Origin: Candidatus Marinacidobacterales bacterium
GTDB lineage: Bacteria > Acidobacteriota > Vicinamibacteria > Marinacidobacterales > DATDRI01
Assembly: GCA_965226495.1 (NCBI GenBank)
Contig: OZ245365.1
Location: 960,001-1,024,000 of the forward strand
DNA: 64,000 nt
Direction of reading: 5' to 3'
The notes under the pieces are model-generated. The model saw nothing but the letters and a program-made list of their open reading frames with translations. It made no database searches and was not told the DNA's origin. Each line of letters opens with the position of its first letter. Position 1 is the first letter of the stretch. Shown one piece after another: positions 38,732 to 48,933 of this stretch. The position numbers and the translations under genes were made by a program.

Positions 38732-39009
38732 TCGACACCTCTAGGAACCCGCTCACCTACCTTGTAGACCGAGATGATCTTGTAAGTGACCGTGTCGCGC
38801 TCGACGTTGAACCACCGCCGGCATCCCGCCGAGTGCAGCCATTGCTCGCGGTGGCGACCTTGCGGGTTCTTGCGCATGAAGAGATAGTCCGCCCAGTCGG
38901 CATCCGTGAGCACGTTCGGGTCCTTGGGCCGGACGATGTGGGCCTCCCCGCCATACGAGAACTCGGTCTCTTCTCGCGGCCCGCACCATGGGCAATCGAT
39001 CAACAACAT
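38728..39009 (-). CDS. soxD: Sarcosine oxidase subunit delta
   Basis: MLLIDCPWCGPREETEF...HSAGCRRWFN. Confidence 0.95.
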   Translation of the reverse strand: MLLIDCPWCGPREETEFSYGGEAHIVRPKDPNVLTDADWADYLFMRKNPQGRHREQWLHSAGCRRWFNVERDTVTYKIISVYKVGERVPRGVE

Positions 39010-39018
39010 GACATTTCC

Positions 39019-40287
39019 TCAGTGTGCGACGCCGGCGGCGCCATGCTCATCGATCAGGTGGCCGGTGGTAAAGCGCTCGAGTGAGAACGGTTCGTTGAGA
39101 GGATGGGGCCGATCCTGGGCAATCGTATGGGCAAACACCCAGCCCGAGCCCGGCGTGGCTTTGAAGCCACCGGTGCCCCACCCGGCGTTGATATATAAGC
39201 CTCGGATCGGGGTTTTGCTGAGGATCGGGCTGGCATCGGGGCAGGTGTCGACCGTACCGGCCCATTGTCGCAACATGCGAACGCGGCTGAAAATCGGGAA
39301 CAACTCGACGACGGCCGCCAAGTTGTGCTCGATCACGGAGAGGCTCCCGCGAAGACCGTAGCCGTTGTAGGAGTCGATTCCCGCCCCCAACACGAGCTCT
39401 CCCTTGTCCGTTTGTGAGATGTAAGCGTGGACGGCATTGGACATCACGACCGTATCCAGTACCGGCTTCAGGGGCTCCGAAACAAGCGCCTGCAACGGAT
39501 GGCTGGTGATAGGTAGACGAAGCCCGGCCATCTCCGCGAGCACGCTGGTGTGACCCGCCACCACGACCCCCACCTTCTTGGCCCTGATGAATCCCTTTAC
39601 CGTGTCCACCCCAACGACTTGGCCGTTGTCGCGCCGGATGCCAGTGACTCCACATTCCTGGATGATGTCCACCCCGCGGGCATCCGCGGCACGAGCGAAA
39701 CCCCAGGCAACGGCATCGTGACGGGCCGTACCCCCTCGCCGCTGGAGGGAAGCTCCAAGTACTGGGTGCCGCGCATGGGGGGAGGTGTTCATGATCGGCA
39801 CCATCGCCTTGACTTGCTCGGCATTCAGGATCTCCGCGTCGATTCCATTCAGTTGATTGGCATGCACCCTTCGAGAGATGCCGCGCATATCACCCAAGCT
39901 ATGGCCGAGATTGAGGACCCCCCGCTGACTAAACATGAGATTGTAGTTGAGCTCTTGGCTGAGGTTTTCCCACAGCTTCAAGGACATCTCGTACAGGTGT
40001 GAGGTCTCGTCCCACAGATAATTGGAGCGCACGATGGTTGTGTTTCGACCGATGCTGCCACCGCCCAGCCAACCCTTTTCGAGCACCGCCACATTGGTGA
40101 TCCCGTGCTCCTTGGCCAGGTAATAGGCGGTGGCCAGACCATGGCCGCCGGCACCGACGATGATCACGTCATACTCCGACTTCGGCGCCGGGCTGCGCCA
40201 TTGTCGAGCCCAATTCTCGTGGTAGCTCAAGCCGTTTCGAACCAAGCTGAACAATGAGTGTTGGGAGTAGTGGGAGTATTTGCTCAT
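39019..40287 (-). CDS. soxB: Sarcosine oxidase subunit beta
   Basis: [54 protein letters not shown]. Confidence 0.95.
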   Translation of the reverse strand: MSKYSHYSQHSLFSLVRNGLSYHENWARQWRSPAPKSEYDVIIVGAGGHGLATAYYLAKEHGITNVAVLEKGWLGGGSIGRNTTIVRSNYLWDETSHLYEMSLKLWENLSQELNYNLMFSQRGVLNLGHSLGDMRGISRRVHANQLNGIDAEILNAEQVKAMVPIMNTSPHARHPVLGASLQRRGGTARHDAVAWGFARAADARGVDIIQECGVTGIRRDNGQVVGVDTVKGFIRAKKVGVVVAGHTSVLAEMAGLRLPITSHPLQALVSEPLKPVLDTVVMSNAVHAYISQTDKGELVLGAGIDSYNGYGLRGSLSVIEHNLAAVVELFPIFSRVRMLRQWAGTVDTCPDASPILSKTPIRGLYINAGWGTGGFKATPGSGWVFAHTIAQDRPHPLNEPFSLERFTTGHLIDEHGAAGVAH

Positions 40288-40352
40288 GATGTCACTCAGT
40301 CAGCAATAAGACGGCGGGCTCTGAGAGCAGTGCCAGCTTCCCCCCCTGCGAG

Positions 40353-40425
40353 AATCATAGGAAATTTGAGCGTGGCCGCGTGAGCAAATACTAACTGAGT
40401 TCATGTTCGCGAGACCGCTTCCTAA
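40353..40425 (-). repeat. Dispersed leader repeat, copy 3 (core only)
   Basis: Reverse complement GGAAGCGGTCTCGCGAACATGAACTCAGTTAGTATTTGCTCACGCGGCCACGCTCAAATTTCCTATGATT, upstream of soxB. Confidence 0.9.
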
Positions 40426-40466
40426 GTCTACGAGACGTGAAGTACGGAAACCGGCGGCGCCACGAC

Positions 40467-42176
40467 TCAGCTCGGACGGTCCGAACGCATCTCCGCGCGG
40501 AGCGCCTCGGTCTCGTCCTCCAGTATCACGAGGCGCTCAGGATCGATCGCTACCGAGTAATCGGTGCGCGCCCGCTCCAGCGAGACGTAGCCGTTTCGCA
40601 CGTCCTCGAGAACCCTAGCGGGATCCCGTTCCCACGGCGGTCCGTAGCCCCCACCACCCGGCAGCTCGAGCGTTATCTCCAACCCGGCGGGGAGTGGGGT
40701 TCGGGTCTTGGCGCGGAGCGATACGTTGGGATCACTAGCCCGCAGGTTGCCGGCGGCACCCGGCCTCCCGCCGCTCAGACCGGGGGCGGGACACTGGATG
40801 CGCTCGTAGAGCCCCGAGAAGATAAAGGGTTGGTCCGAGCGCACCGCGAACTCCATCACCTGGCCGAGCCCGCCTCGGTACGTGCCGGCTCCGCCCGAAT
40901 CCGCGCGGAGCTCTCGTCGCTTCAACAGGATGGGCGAGAGCGTTTCGATGACCTCCGCCGGCACCCCGGCGATGCCGCTGGGGAACGCCGTGGCCGAGAG
41001 CCCGTCCTTCGTCGAGAGAGCGCCGGTGCCCCCGGAGGAGAACCACACGTACGTGAAACGGTTTCCGGTCTTGGGATCGTGGCCGAAGATCTGCGTATCC
41101 CACAACCCGTCGGCTCCGGGAGCCATCACCCGATCCGGCAAGGCTTCCGCCAAGGCGCCGAAGATCGCGGCGGGAAGAAAATGACCCACCAGGTGGCGTC
41201 CACCGACCGCGGCGGGGAACTGAGCGTTCAAGATGGAGTCCTTGGGCGCGGTGACCGTCACCGGGCGGAAGCTACCCTCGTTGTTGGGGACGTCCGGGGA
41301 GATGGCGCACTTGAGGCCGTAGGTGGTGTAGGCGGTGGTGTAGTTCATGGCCACGTTAATGCCTTGGTCGACCGGGCCGGACGAACCGGCATAGTCCACC
41401 GTGATACTGTCGCCGCTCACCATCACCGAGACCTTGATCCGCACCGGATCATCGAAACCGTCGATCCAAAGCTCGAAGGGGTAAGCGTCGTCCGGGATTG
41501 CCGCGATACGTTCGCGCATCCCGGCCTCGGACCGGTCCAGGATCAGATCCGCCAGGGCCTCGATGTCGCCGAGGTCGAACTCGTCGAGGAACGAGAGGAG
41601 CTCCCGCCCCCCCACTTCATTTCCCACCACCTGGGAGTGGAGGTCTCCAAGGACCTCCACGGGGGCGCGGACATTCGATCGCAGGAGATCGAAGAAGGGG
41701 GTGACCGGTCGCCCCTCGTCATAGAGCTTCATCACCGGAATGAGAAGACCTTCCTCATAGACCTCCCGGGAGTCGGCCGAGAGACCGCGGCCGCCGATGT
41801 CCAGGGCATGACAGGTGTTGGCGAAGAACGCCACCACCCGCCCATCTCGGAAGATGGGGGTGGCGACGGTGATATCGTTGAGCTGCGACGCCGTCTTCCA
41901 TGGGTCGTTGGTCACCAGGACGTCACCAGGCCGCAGCGCGTCGGGCGGGAAGGCCGCGAGGAAGTGGCGCATGCCGGTGGCCATGGAGTTGATGTGACCG
42001 GGCGTCCCGGTCACCGCCTGGGCGATCATGCGGCCTCGCCGATCGAAGACGCCGGCGGACAGGTCGCCCGCCTCGCGAACGATAGAAGTGAAAGAGGTTC
42101 GGATGAGCGCCGCGGCTTGCTCGTTCACCACGCTGATCATGCGGTTCCAGAGCACTTCAAGGGTGAGCTGATCCAT
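40467..42176 (-). CDS. hyuB: Hydantoinase B / oxoprolinase family protein
   Basis: LIRTSFTSIVREAGDLS, TNDPW, DSGGAGTYRGGLG, PGGGGYG. Confidence 0.9.
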   Translation of the reverse strand: MDQLTLEVLWNRMISVVNEQAAALIRTSFTSIVREAGDLSAGVFDRRGRMIAQAVTGTPGHINSMATGMRHFLAAFPPDALRPGDVLVTNDPWKTASQLNDITVATPIFRDGRVVAFFANTCHALDIGGRGLSADSREVYEEGLLIPVMKLYDEGRPVTPFFDLLRSNVRAPVEVLGDLHSQVVGNEVGGRELLSFLDEFDLGDIEALADLILDRSEAGMRERIAAIPDDAYPFELWIDGFDDPVRIKVSVMVSGDSITVDYAGSSGPVDQGINVAMNYTTAYTTYGLKCAISPDVPNNEGSFRPVTVTAPKDSILNAQFPAAVGGRHLVGHFLPAAIFGALAEALPDRVMAPGADGLWDTQIFGHDPKTGNRFTYVWFSSGGTGALSTKDGLSATAFPSGIAGVPAEVIETLSPILLKRRELRADSGGAGTYRGGLGQVMEFAVRSDQPFIFSGLYERIQCPAPGLSGGRPGAAGNLRASDPNVSLRAKTRTPLPAGLEITLELPGGGGYGPPWERDPARVLEDVRNGYVSLERARTDYSVAIDPERLVILEDETEALRAEMRSDRPS

Positions 42177-42202
42177 CGCGCCTCCTTAGACCCCCGGGCC
42201 TA

Positions 42203-44296
42203 TCACTCCAGGTCCATATCGACGATGAGATTGAACCACGCGTCGACTCGCGCCTGCGCCCCGGGTCCGATCACGACGGTAGATTCTCGCTCCTCCACGA
42301 TGGCCGGTCCCGGGAAGGCCTGACCGGCCACGAGTCGGTAACGGTCGTACACCGGCGCGTCTACGAACCCATTGGATTCGGGCATGTAGACGGAACGATG
42401 CCCTTTCAAGGTGTCCGGCTCCTGCCGGTCCGCCGGCGACTCTCCTCCGGTCCTCGGCAAGTGGAGATCGGGACGAGGGCCCTCGGCGATCACGCGCCAA
42501 CTCATGACGTCGATGGTGAGGTCGGATGGCAGGTGACCGTAAAGGACCTCGTAGCATTGCTCGAAGGCCTGCCGAATCGCAGCCTCGCTCTGGGGCCCGA
42601 GCTCGCCGTCGGGAATGGGCACCCGGATGTCGTATCCCTGGCGCCGGTAGCGCAGATCGCCGAAACGCCGGAACGTGATCTGACTCGCAGGAATCGTTCG
42701 GCCTAGGACCTCGAGACCCTGCTGTTCCATCTCGTCGAGGGCGCGGTTTGCCTTCGCCCACTCCATGGCCTCCAACTTTCCGGGGAGCGTGCGCACAAAG
42801 TCAAAAGCCAACGGCGCGGTGAGAAAGCCGACCGCGGAGGTGACCCCGGCCCCGAGCGGGAAGACCACCGACGGGCACCGCAGGATCCTCGCCACCCGGT
42901 AAGCATGGACCGGGCCCGCTCCCCCGAAGGCGAAGAGCGGCAACCGCGCGGGGTCCTTTCCACGTTCCACGGCGTGAATCCGGGCCGCCGAGGCCATGTT
43001 CTCGTTGACCACCTGATGGATTCCCCACGCCGCCGCCACCGGGTCGAGTCCCAACGGCTGGGCGATCTGCTTCCCGATGGTACCGAGCGCGGCTTCCCGA
43101 TCGAGCTGGAGCCGCCCCCCGAGAAAAAACGCCGGGTCTAGATAGCCGAGCACCAGATCCGCATCCGTGACCGTGGGTTCGGTGCCCCCTCGCCCGTAGC
43201 AGGCGGGTCCCGGACTCGCCCCGGCACTGTCGGGTCCCACCGTGAGCCGCCGCAACCTGTCGATCCGAGCGATGCTCCCACCGCCCGCGCCGATCTCGAT
43301 CATCTCGACAACCGGCACCTTGACCGGCAGCCCGCTTCCCTTTTTGAACCGGTACTTGCGATCCACCTCGAACTCGGGCGCGATAAGCGGCTCACCTTTG
43401 TCGATGATGCAGGCCTTGGCGGTGGTACCTCCCATGTCGAAGGAGAGAAGATCGGGGTACCGCATCAGCCGGCCGTAGTGCGCGGCAGCCAGCGCACCCG
43501 CGGCTGGCCCCGACTCAATGAGCCGGACCGGGAATCGACGCGCGGTGTCTACGTCGCACACGCCGCCGTTCGACTGCATGATGAACAGGGCCCCCTCGAG
43601 CCCGAGCGCTCTCAGCCGCGCCTGGAGGCTCAGGAGGTACCGGTCGGCCAGCCCCTGAACGTAGACGTTGACCAGCGCGGTGGAGGTACGGTCGTACTCC
43701 CGAATCTCCGGCACCACTTCGCAGGAAAGCGAACAGGCCATCTCGGGGGCATGCTTGCGGATGAGCTCCCCCACCGCCCGCTCGTGCGTGGGATTGCGAT
43801 AGCTGTGGAGGAGGGAGACCGCGACGGCTTCGACCCCTTCGGTGCGAAGTGTGTCGATGAGCCGCACCACCGCGTCTCGATCGACCGGCCGGTGGACGGT
43901 ACCGTCGGCGAGGATGCGCTCATCGAGCTCGAAGCGGAGATAGCGGGGCGCCAGGGGAGCCGGACGTTCCATGAGCAGGTCGTACATGTCGTAGCGATGC
44001 TCTCTCCCGATCTCTATGGCATCGCGGTACCCCTTGGTGGTGATCAGGGCCGTCTTGGCACCCTTGCGTTCGATGAGGGCGTTGGTGAGCAACGTGGTAC
44101 CGTGAATCGCATGAGACACCTCCGCCGCTGGCACTCGGGCGGCAGCGAGTAGCTCTTTCACACCCTGTTCCACCGCGTCCTCCGGTTGATCGGGTGTGGT
44201 CAGAACCTTGCCTATCTGGAAAAGAGATCCGGCGTCATCGACCAGGACCAGGTCGGTGAAAGTACCACCGATGTCGGCGCCGACGCGATACGTCAT
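42203..44296 (-). CDS. hyuA: Hydantoinase A / oxoprolinase family protein
   Basis: DIGGTFTD, HGTT, ESGPAAG, DMGGTT, IGAGGGS, FGGAGPVH; ATG at 44296. Confidence 0.9.
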   Translation of the reverse strand: MTYRVGADIGGTFTDLVLVDDAGSLFQIGKVLTTPDQPEDAVEQGVKELLAAARVPAAEVSHAIHGTTLLTNALIERKGAKTALITTKGYRDAIEIGREHRYDMYDLLMERPAPLAPRYLRFELDERILADGTVHRPVDRDAVVRLIDTLRTEGVEAVAVSLLHSYRNPTHERAVGELIRKHAPEMACSLSCEVVPEIREYDRTSTALVNVYVQGLADRYLLSLQARLRALGLEGALFIMQSNGGVCDVDTARRFPVRLIESGPAAGALAAAHYGRLMRYPDLLSFDMGGTTAKACIIDKGEPLIAPEFEVDRKYRFKKGSGLPVKVPVVEMIEIGAGGGSIARIDRLRRLTVGPDSAGASPGPACYGRGGTEPTVTDADLVLGYLDPAFFLGGRLQLDREAALGTIGKQIAQPLGLDPVAAAWGIHQVVNENMASAARIHAVERGKDPARLPLFAFGGAGPVHAYRVARILRCPSVVFPLGAGVTSAVGFLTAPLAFDFVRTLPGKLEAMEWAKANRALDEMEQQGLEVLGRTIPASQITFRRFGDLRYRRQGYDIRVPIPDGELGPQSEAAIRQAFEQCYEVLYGHLPSDLTIDVMSWRVIAEGPRPDLHLPRTGGESPADRQEPDTLKGHRSVYMPESNGFVDAPVYDRYRLVAGQAFPGPAIVEERESTVVIGPGAQARVDAWFNLIVDMDLE

Positions 44297-44331
44297 CGAT
44301 CCAGCTCCGGTGCCAGGCTCACGAGGTTTTC

Positions 44332-45705
44332 TCAGCGAGGCTCGTAGAGATCGGTTGTGGGATAGAAGGCGTACCAGCCAAACCAATACGCATTGTGACC
44401 CGGCAGTCGGGGAAGCTGAAGGCTGCCGGACTCATCGAGCAGAGAGTCCTCGGTCACCTTCCAGGCAGAGCCCGAGCCCTCCTCGATCAGCTCGCCATCC
44501 TTACTGCCTCGTTTGAACCGACGGCCGTCTGATTCGTAGGCTCGCACCGCCCCCGAGCTCTTCTCGACCATCAGCACCAACTCCTTACCACCCAGGCGAT
44601 CGTGGACGATGCGCTTCTTCTTCAGCGTTTTCAGCGGGTACGCCTTGGGTTTGCCATTCACGATAAGGGCAAAGACCCAGTCCTTCTTTTTCAAGCGGTC
44701 GCTTTGAAGCCAAACTGGAAACATGGTGTCGTCAGAACGGAAGTACTCCTCATAGGGACTCTTGCGGTAATCCAGTTCGTATCCCGTATCTGGATCGAGC
44801 ACTTCGGTATCGGGATGAAGCCTCACCCATTCCTTCCATGTCGTCACCACAGCTGGCAGCATCTTCAGCTTGATCCCCGAGTTGGCTAGCTTCCCCGAGA
44901 TCGGTTCACCGGTTAGATTGCTCCAAAGGCTTTGTGTCTGGTGATCGTACATGAGCTTGTTCGACCGGTAGAGCAGCCCCGACGAGCCAAAGGTAAATTG
45001 TTGCGTCTCGACCCGACCGTCATAGAGAATTCCCGAGCCACAGAGCGTGCAATATGAAAGGCTTATCGGGGTCTCTCCTACTACGTCATTCGTCATTTCG
45101 TGCCAATCGAGGATCCGGTGAGGGTAGGCTCTCGCAACGCCGTCTATGTAGACCCCAAAGACCAGGTCTTTGGGGCGGAGGTACGCTGCATCCGCGGCGC
45201 GGACAACGGATGGGTTCTGAAGAGCCGGAATGCCGTCCTTCTTGACTCCACCCCACTCAATTTCTTCGGGACGGATGCGGAAGGTAAAGCCTGGATCCAG
45301 GAATCGACGGAAAGCGGGATCGTAAAGGCCGAAGACCGATCTCTTAAAGGCGAGATAGCCCGGCTTGGGTTTGATCTCTTCGTGACCGCCGATCCATTTC
45401 GTCCAGCCCAGCTTCGGGTTGTCCTGGACTTGGTCGCTAGCAATGTGCTCCATGATGGCGACGACTTCCTCCGCCCGGCCGCCGTCCTCAATCACATAGT
45501 AGAAGGCGAGGACATCATTGAGTGCGGCGAGAAGGGTCTTGTCTCCCGAAGCGACAAGCCGCTCGCCCGCCTTCCTGCGAACAGCGCCGTCCTTTGAAAG
45601 TAGATCCACGACGAGTTGGTAACTCCCCTCGACGGGAAAGGACTCGCCCATTCCCACGGCTAGAGAGAGCACCGCCGCCAGAAGGAGGTGAACGGTTTTC
45701 AACAT
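44332..45705 (-). CDS. DUF3179 domain protein, secreted
   Basis: WGGVKKDGIPAL, ILDWHEMTND, YCTLCGS, SGLLYRSNKLMYD, YWFGWYAFYP. Confidence 0.85.
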   Translation of the reverse strand: MLKTVHLLLAAVLSLAVGMGESFPVEGSYQLVVDLLSKDGAVRRKAGERLVASGDKTLLAALNDVLAFYYVIEDGGRAEEVVAIMEHIASDQVQDNPKLGWTKWIGGHEEIKPKPGYLAFKRSVFGLYDPAFRRFLDPGFTFRIRPEEIEWGGVKKDGIPALQNPSVVRAADAAYLRPKDLVFGVYIDGVARAYPHRILDWHEMTNDVVGETPISLSYCTLCGSGILYDGRVETQQFTFGSSGLLYRSNKLMYDHQTQSLWSNLTGEPISGKLANSGIKLKMLPAVVTTWKEWVRLHPDTEVLDPDTGYELDYRKSPYEEYFRSDDTMFPVWLQSDRLKKKDWVFALIVNGKPKAYPLKTLKKKRIVHDRLGGKELVLMVEKSSGAVRAYESDGRRFKRGSKDGELIEEGSGSAWKVTEDSLLDESGSLQLPRLPGHNAYWFGWYAFYPTTDLYEPR

Positions 45706-45805
45706 CTGATCTCCTGGCCAGAACAAAACCGTCCTCGCTCAGGAGACGCGAGGAGCTAGAAGCCGGTCGCAACCACAAACGAAGCGCCGGATCACTTTAG
45801 TAAAC

Positions 45806-45844
45806 AAAAAAAGGGGAAGAGGAGAGTCAATCTCCTCTTCCCCT
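45806..45844 (-). terminator. Rho-independent terminator of the TonB receptor gene
   Basis: Perfect 14-bp stem AGGGGAAGAGGAGA/TCTCCTCTTCCCCT, 5-nt loop, U-tract on the minus strand. Confidence 0.9.
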
Positions 45845-45859
45845 GTGGTCAACGACTCG

Positions 45860-48829
45860 CTACCAGAGGAAACGAAACGCTATCTCGGCCTGCCTCGCAT
45901 CCTGGGCGCTTAGGATCTGTCCGAACGATGGGGAAAGAGAATTTTGTACGTTCGGGGGGGTGAGGAAGCGCGCACCTAGATTGACGTTGTTGAGGACGTT
46001 GAACACCTGAAACATGAGCTCGACGGCCGCGCCGCCACCCACCTGAATCTGCTTGCTCACGCGCAAATCCAAGTTGAGGTAGCGGGTGCTATCGATCTGG
46101 TCTTCAGAGAGCGCGGCCAATCCGTTCTGGGCCCTCCAATCGTTCACCAAGGACATGTCGAGATCGCGGTTCCCCTGGTTGCGGGTGGTGCCCGGCACGT
46201 AGTCGCCATCGGCGCCGCTGGCGAAGCCGTCCCCATTGAGATCCCTACCTGCTTTCGCACTGAAGGGCATCGACGTGCGGAAGGTCCAGATTCCGGAAAG
46301 CCCGATCTCGTACGGGAGAATCACGAAGCCGGAGGTCACGAGCATGTGCCGACGGTCAATGGTGAAGTTCCCGTAATCATCCTCGCGCTGCAACTGATTC
46401 ACGAAACGCCGACCCGGGTTGTTATCGTTCCCCTTCTGCCAGGTGTAGCTCACGAGGTACTGGTAGTTGTCCTTGAGGCGCCTGTCGAGCTTTACGTATA
46501 GGCCCCTGTAATCGGTCTTGGAGATGGACTGCCTTTCGTCGATTCGGCCGAACGTGGGATCGGGCCGCAGGCCGGTGATTGGGTCCCTTGGGTTTAGGTC
46601 GACCCGCTTTCGGTCGTCCCGGGTACGGGTATAAAGGAAGTCCGCGTTGAACGAAAATCCTGGTACGACCTCTCTCTCGAAACCGAAGTTCACCTGTTGC
46701 GACTGGGGATTGTGAAAGTCTTCGGCCAAGAAGCCGACGTTCTGTACTCCTGAGGTTATAAATTCCAGCTGGTCCCGGCCCCCGTAGGGATCGGGAAAGG
46801 GTGGATTGCTGATCCGGAGACTTAATCGGCCAAAGTTTCGATACTCGAAGAAGTTCGCCAAGGTGCGGATGTTGTCGTAGTAGATGCCGTATCCGCCACG
46901 GATCACCGTCTTGGCGTCACCCGCAGGGTCATAGGCGAAGCCAAAACGAGGGCCGATGTTGTTCCCATCTCCCCTGTCCGATGGGTTTGGCTGGCCGGGA
47001 ATCGGAAGGACGATGCTTTTCAGCGCGGCTACGACATCGGGTGCGACGGCGGGGATTTGGCCGTCGAGGATGGGATAGTCGTCGATGTTCAGGTTCTCGT
47101 TGAAGGAGCCATACTGCCGATCGTAACGGATACCCAGGTTGAAGGTCAATTTTTCGTTCGGCGACCAGTCATCCTGGAAATAAATGGCCAAGTGCGATGA
47201 GTCGACCCGCGTATAGGATGGCGGCAAGCTGTTGGTAAACACAATCGGAAAGGTGCTGGGATCGTTCGGATCGTAGGGATCGTTGGTGGCGAAGGTATAG
47301 TTTCCTCCGTCAAAATTCTGTGCCGAGCTGTCCTCGAAGGGTATGTTGCTGTAGTCGACACCCACCTTGAAATTGTGGTCCCCTCCCCAGTCGCTCTTGA
47401 AGTAGGTAAAGTCGTCGCGGAACTCCCGGCGATACTCGGGTCCAAGCTCGTCGAAGTTACCGCCGTCGACGACATTGGGACGGATGGTGACGCGCTGGAT
47501 GTTGGCTAGCCGTTCCGGAGGAAACTCGTTCACCTTGGTAAAGACCGGAGTTCCGGAGGGAGCGATCTGGTACTCGGAGTAGGCCCACTGGAACTTGAAC
47601 TCGTTGAGGGCCGACGCATTCAAGATCGAAGTCAGTCCGACGACCAGCGCCTTCCGAGGGACTTGGTTGTCGAAACCTGCATTTTCCCTTCGAAAGCCGC
47701 CACAGCGGAAGCAGCCCGTCAATTCATCCTGCTGTGCGTAGCGGGCGAAGAGGTTATGCGTGTCCGAGATGGTTTGATCCCATCGAACCGAGAAGAGGTT
47801 CCGATAGAACTCTCTGGGAAAGGCTCCGTCAAACTCCGGGAACACTCCACCCGTGTTAACCGTAAAGGCCGCCTCCTGGTCGGTCCTTTCGAAAGCCACG
47901 TAAATATGACTCTTGTCCTTTACGATAGCTCCTCCCGCGCTAGCGCCAAACTGGTGACGGTAGAAGTCGGGCTCCGCGATACCGAGCTCTTGGTTGAAGT
48001 GGTTATTTTGATTCGACGCCTGGTTCCGGTAGTACCAGAATGCGTTGCCCTGGAGATTGTTCGTCCCCGACTTGGTCACCACCGTGATGACCCCGGCAGT
48101 GGCCAGTCCGTACTCGGCTTTGGCCTGAGTGTTGATGACCTTGAACTCCTCCACGGCATCTTGGGGCAGGTCCTGTCGAGGCTCTCCCTGCTCCGCCCAA
48201 GTATTCACCATCCCATCGGCGACAAAGGCAGTCGAATAAAACGTGGCTCCTGAGGAAATATTAACGTTGTTGTAGTACGGACGGGCACCATCCTGGCTAG
48301 TGCCGGGCATGAGCAGGGCCAGGTTCAGGTACTGGCGCGAGTTCAGCGGCAAGTTGTCGATTTGGTCCTGGGCGACCACTCCCGAGATCTCGGCCTTGGT
48401 GATCTCCACCAAGGGCGACTCTCCGGTGACGGTAACACTCTCGGCGACGGTCGCCAGCTCCGCTTGGAAGCCGATGGGCGCCTCCTGCCCAATCTGCAAA
48501 ATGATGCCGGTCATCGTCATCGTCTTGAACCCATCCAGCACCATGACCAATGAGTACGTGCCCGGTTGCAGCGCAGGAATGCGGTAGCGGCCCGCTGGGC
48601 CGGTGACGGCAGAGCGGCTGAATCCGGTTTCTTCGTTCGTGGCCGTGATGGTCGCGCCAGGGACAACCCCACCAGAGGGGTCCTGGACCGTTCCGAACAC
48701 GGCCGCAGCGGTGCTCTGAGCCTCGGCGGTAGCGGGTGCGAGATGAAAGATGAGTAGTGCAGCCATACATAGCACCAGCCAGCCTCGAGCATTGGGTAAT
48801 TTTGGGAAAAGCCCTGATCTGTAAATCAT
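45860..48829 (-). CDS. Oar-like TonB-dependent receptor with carboxypeptidase-regulatory-like N-domain
   Basis: GTVQDPSGGVVPGAT, LPLNSRQYLNLALLMPG, VTKSGTN, GPRFGFAYD, C-terminal RFLW. Confidence 0.9.
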   Translation of the reverse strand: MIYRSGLFPKLPNARGWLVLCMAALLIFHLAPATAEAQSTAAAVFGTVQDPSGGVVPGATITATNEETGFSRSAVTGPAGRYRIPALQPGTYSLVMVLDGFKTMTMTGIILQIGQEAPIGFQAELATVAESVTVTGESPLVEITKAEISGVVAQDQIDNLPLNSRQYLNLALLMPGTSQDGARPYYNNVNISSGATFYSTAFVADGMVNTWAEQGEPRQDLPQDAVEEFKVINTQAKAEYGLATAGVITVVTKSGTNNLQGNAFWYYRNQASNQNNHFNQELGIAEPDFYRHQFGASAGGAIVKDKSHIYVAFERTDQEAAFTVNTGGVFPEFDGAFPREFYRNLFSVRWDQTISDTHNLFARYAQQDELTGCFRCGGFRRENAGFDNQVPRKALVVGLTSILNASALNEFKFQWAYSEYQIAPSGTPVFTKVNEFPPERLANIQRVTIRPNVVDGGNFDELGPEYRREFRDDFTYFKSDWGGDHNFKVGVDYSNIPFEDSSAQNFDGGNYTFATNDPYDPNDPSTFPIVFTNSLPPSYTRVDSSHLAIYFQDDWSPNEKLTFNLGIRYDRQYGSFNENLNIDDYPILDGQIPAVAPDVVAALKSIVLPIPGQPNPSDRGDGNNIGPRFGFAYDPAGDAKTVIRGGYGIYYDNIRTLANFFEYRNFGRLSLRISNPPFPDPYGGRDQLEFITSGVQNVGFLAEDFHNPQSQQVNFGFEREVVPGFSFNADFLYTRTRDDRKRVDLNPRDPITGLRPDPTFGRIDERQSISKTDYRGLYVKLDRRLKDNYQYLVSYTWQKGNDNNPGRRFVNQLQREDDYGNFTIDRRHMLVTSGFVILPYEIGLSGIWTFRTSMPFSAKAGRDLNGDGFASGADGDYVPGTTRNQGNRDLDMSLVNDWRAQNGLAALSEDQIDSTRYLNLDLRVSKQIQVGGGAAVELMFQVFNVLNNVNLGARFLTPPNVQNSLSPSFGQILSAQDARQAEIAFRFLW

Positions 48830-48916
48830 TGCTCATACCTCCCCGGCCTCTTTGGCCGCTGTTTCTTGGCTCCTTGACGAGCCAATGATTGGTATATAAT
48901 CCATTAGAGTTGGAAA

Positions 48917-48933
48917 TGCAAGCAAAGCGCCAA
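48917..48933 (-). promoter_or_regulatory. Putative sigma54 (-24/-12) promoter
   Basis: Minus strand TTGGCGC-TTTGC-TTGCA matches TGGCRC-N5-TTGCW, about 90 bp upstream of the TonB receptor ATG. Confidence 0.65.

Noticed and set aside
40437-42323. 628-aa plus-strand ORF (and similar long ORFs at 30932-32401, 5911-6867, 29480-30343)
   Set aside because: Antisense or alternate-frame shadows of well-supported genes, expected in high-GC DNA; no recognisable motifs.
44332-45705. Selenoprotein in the DUF3179 gene
   Set aside because: The motif is CxxC (CTLC) with no in-frame TGA.
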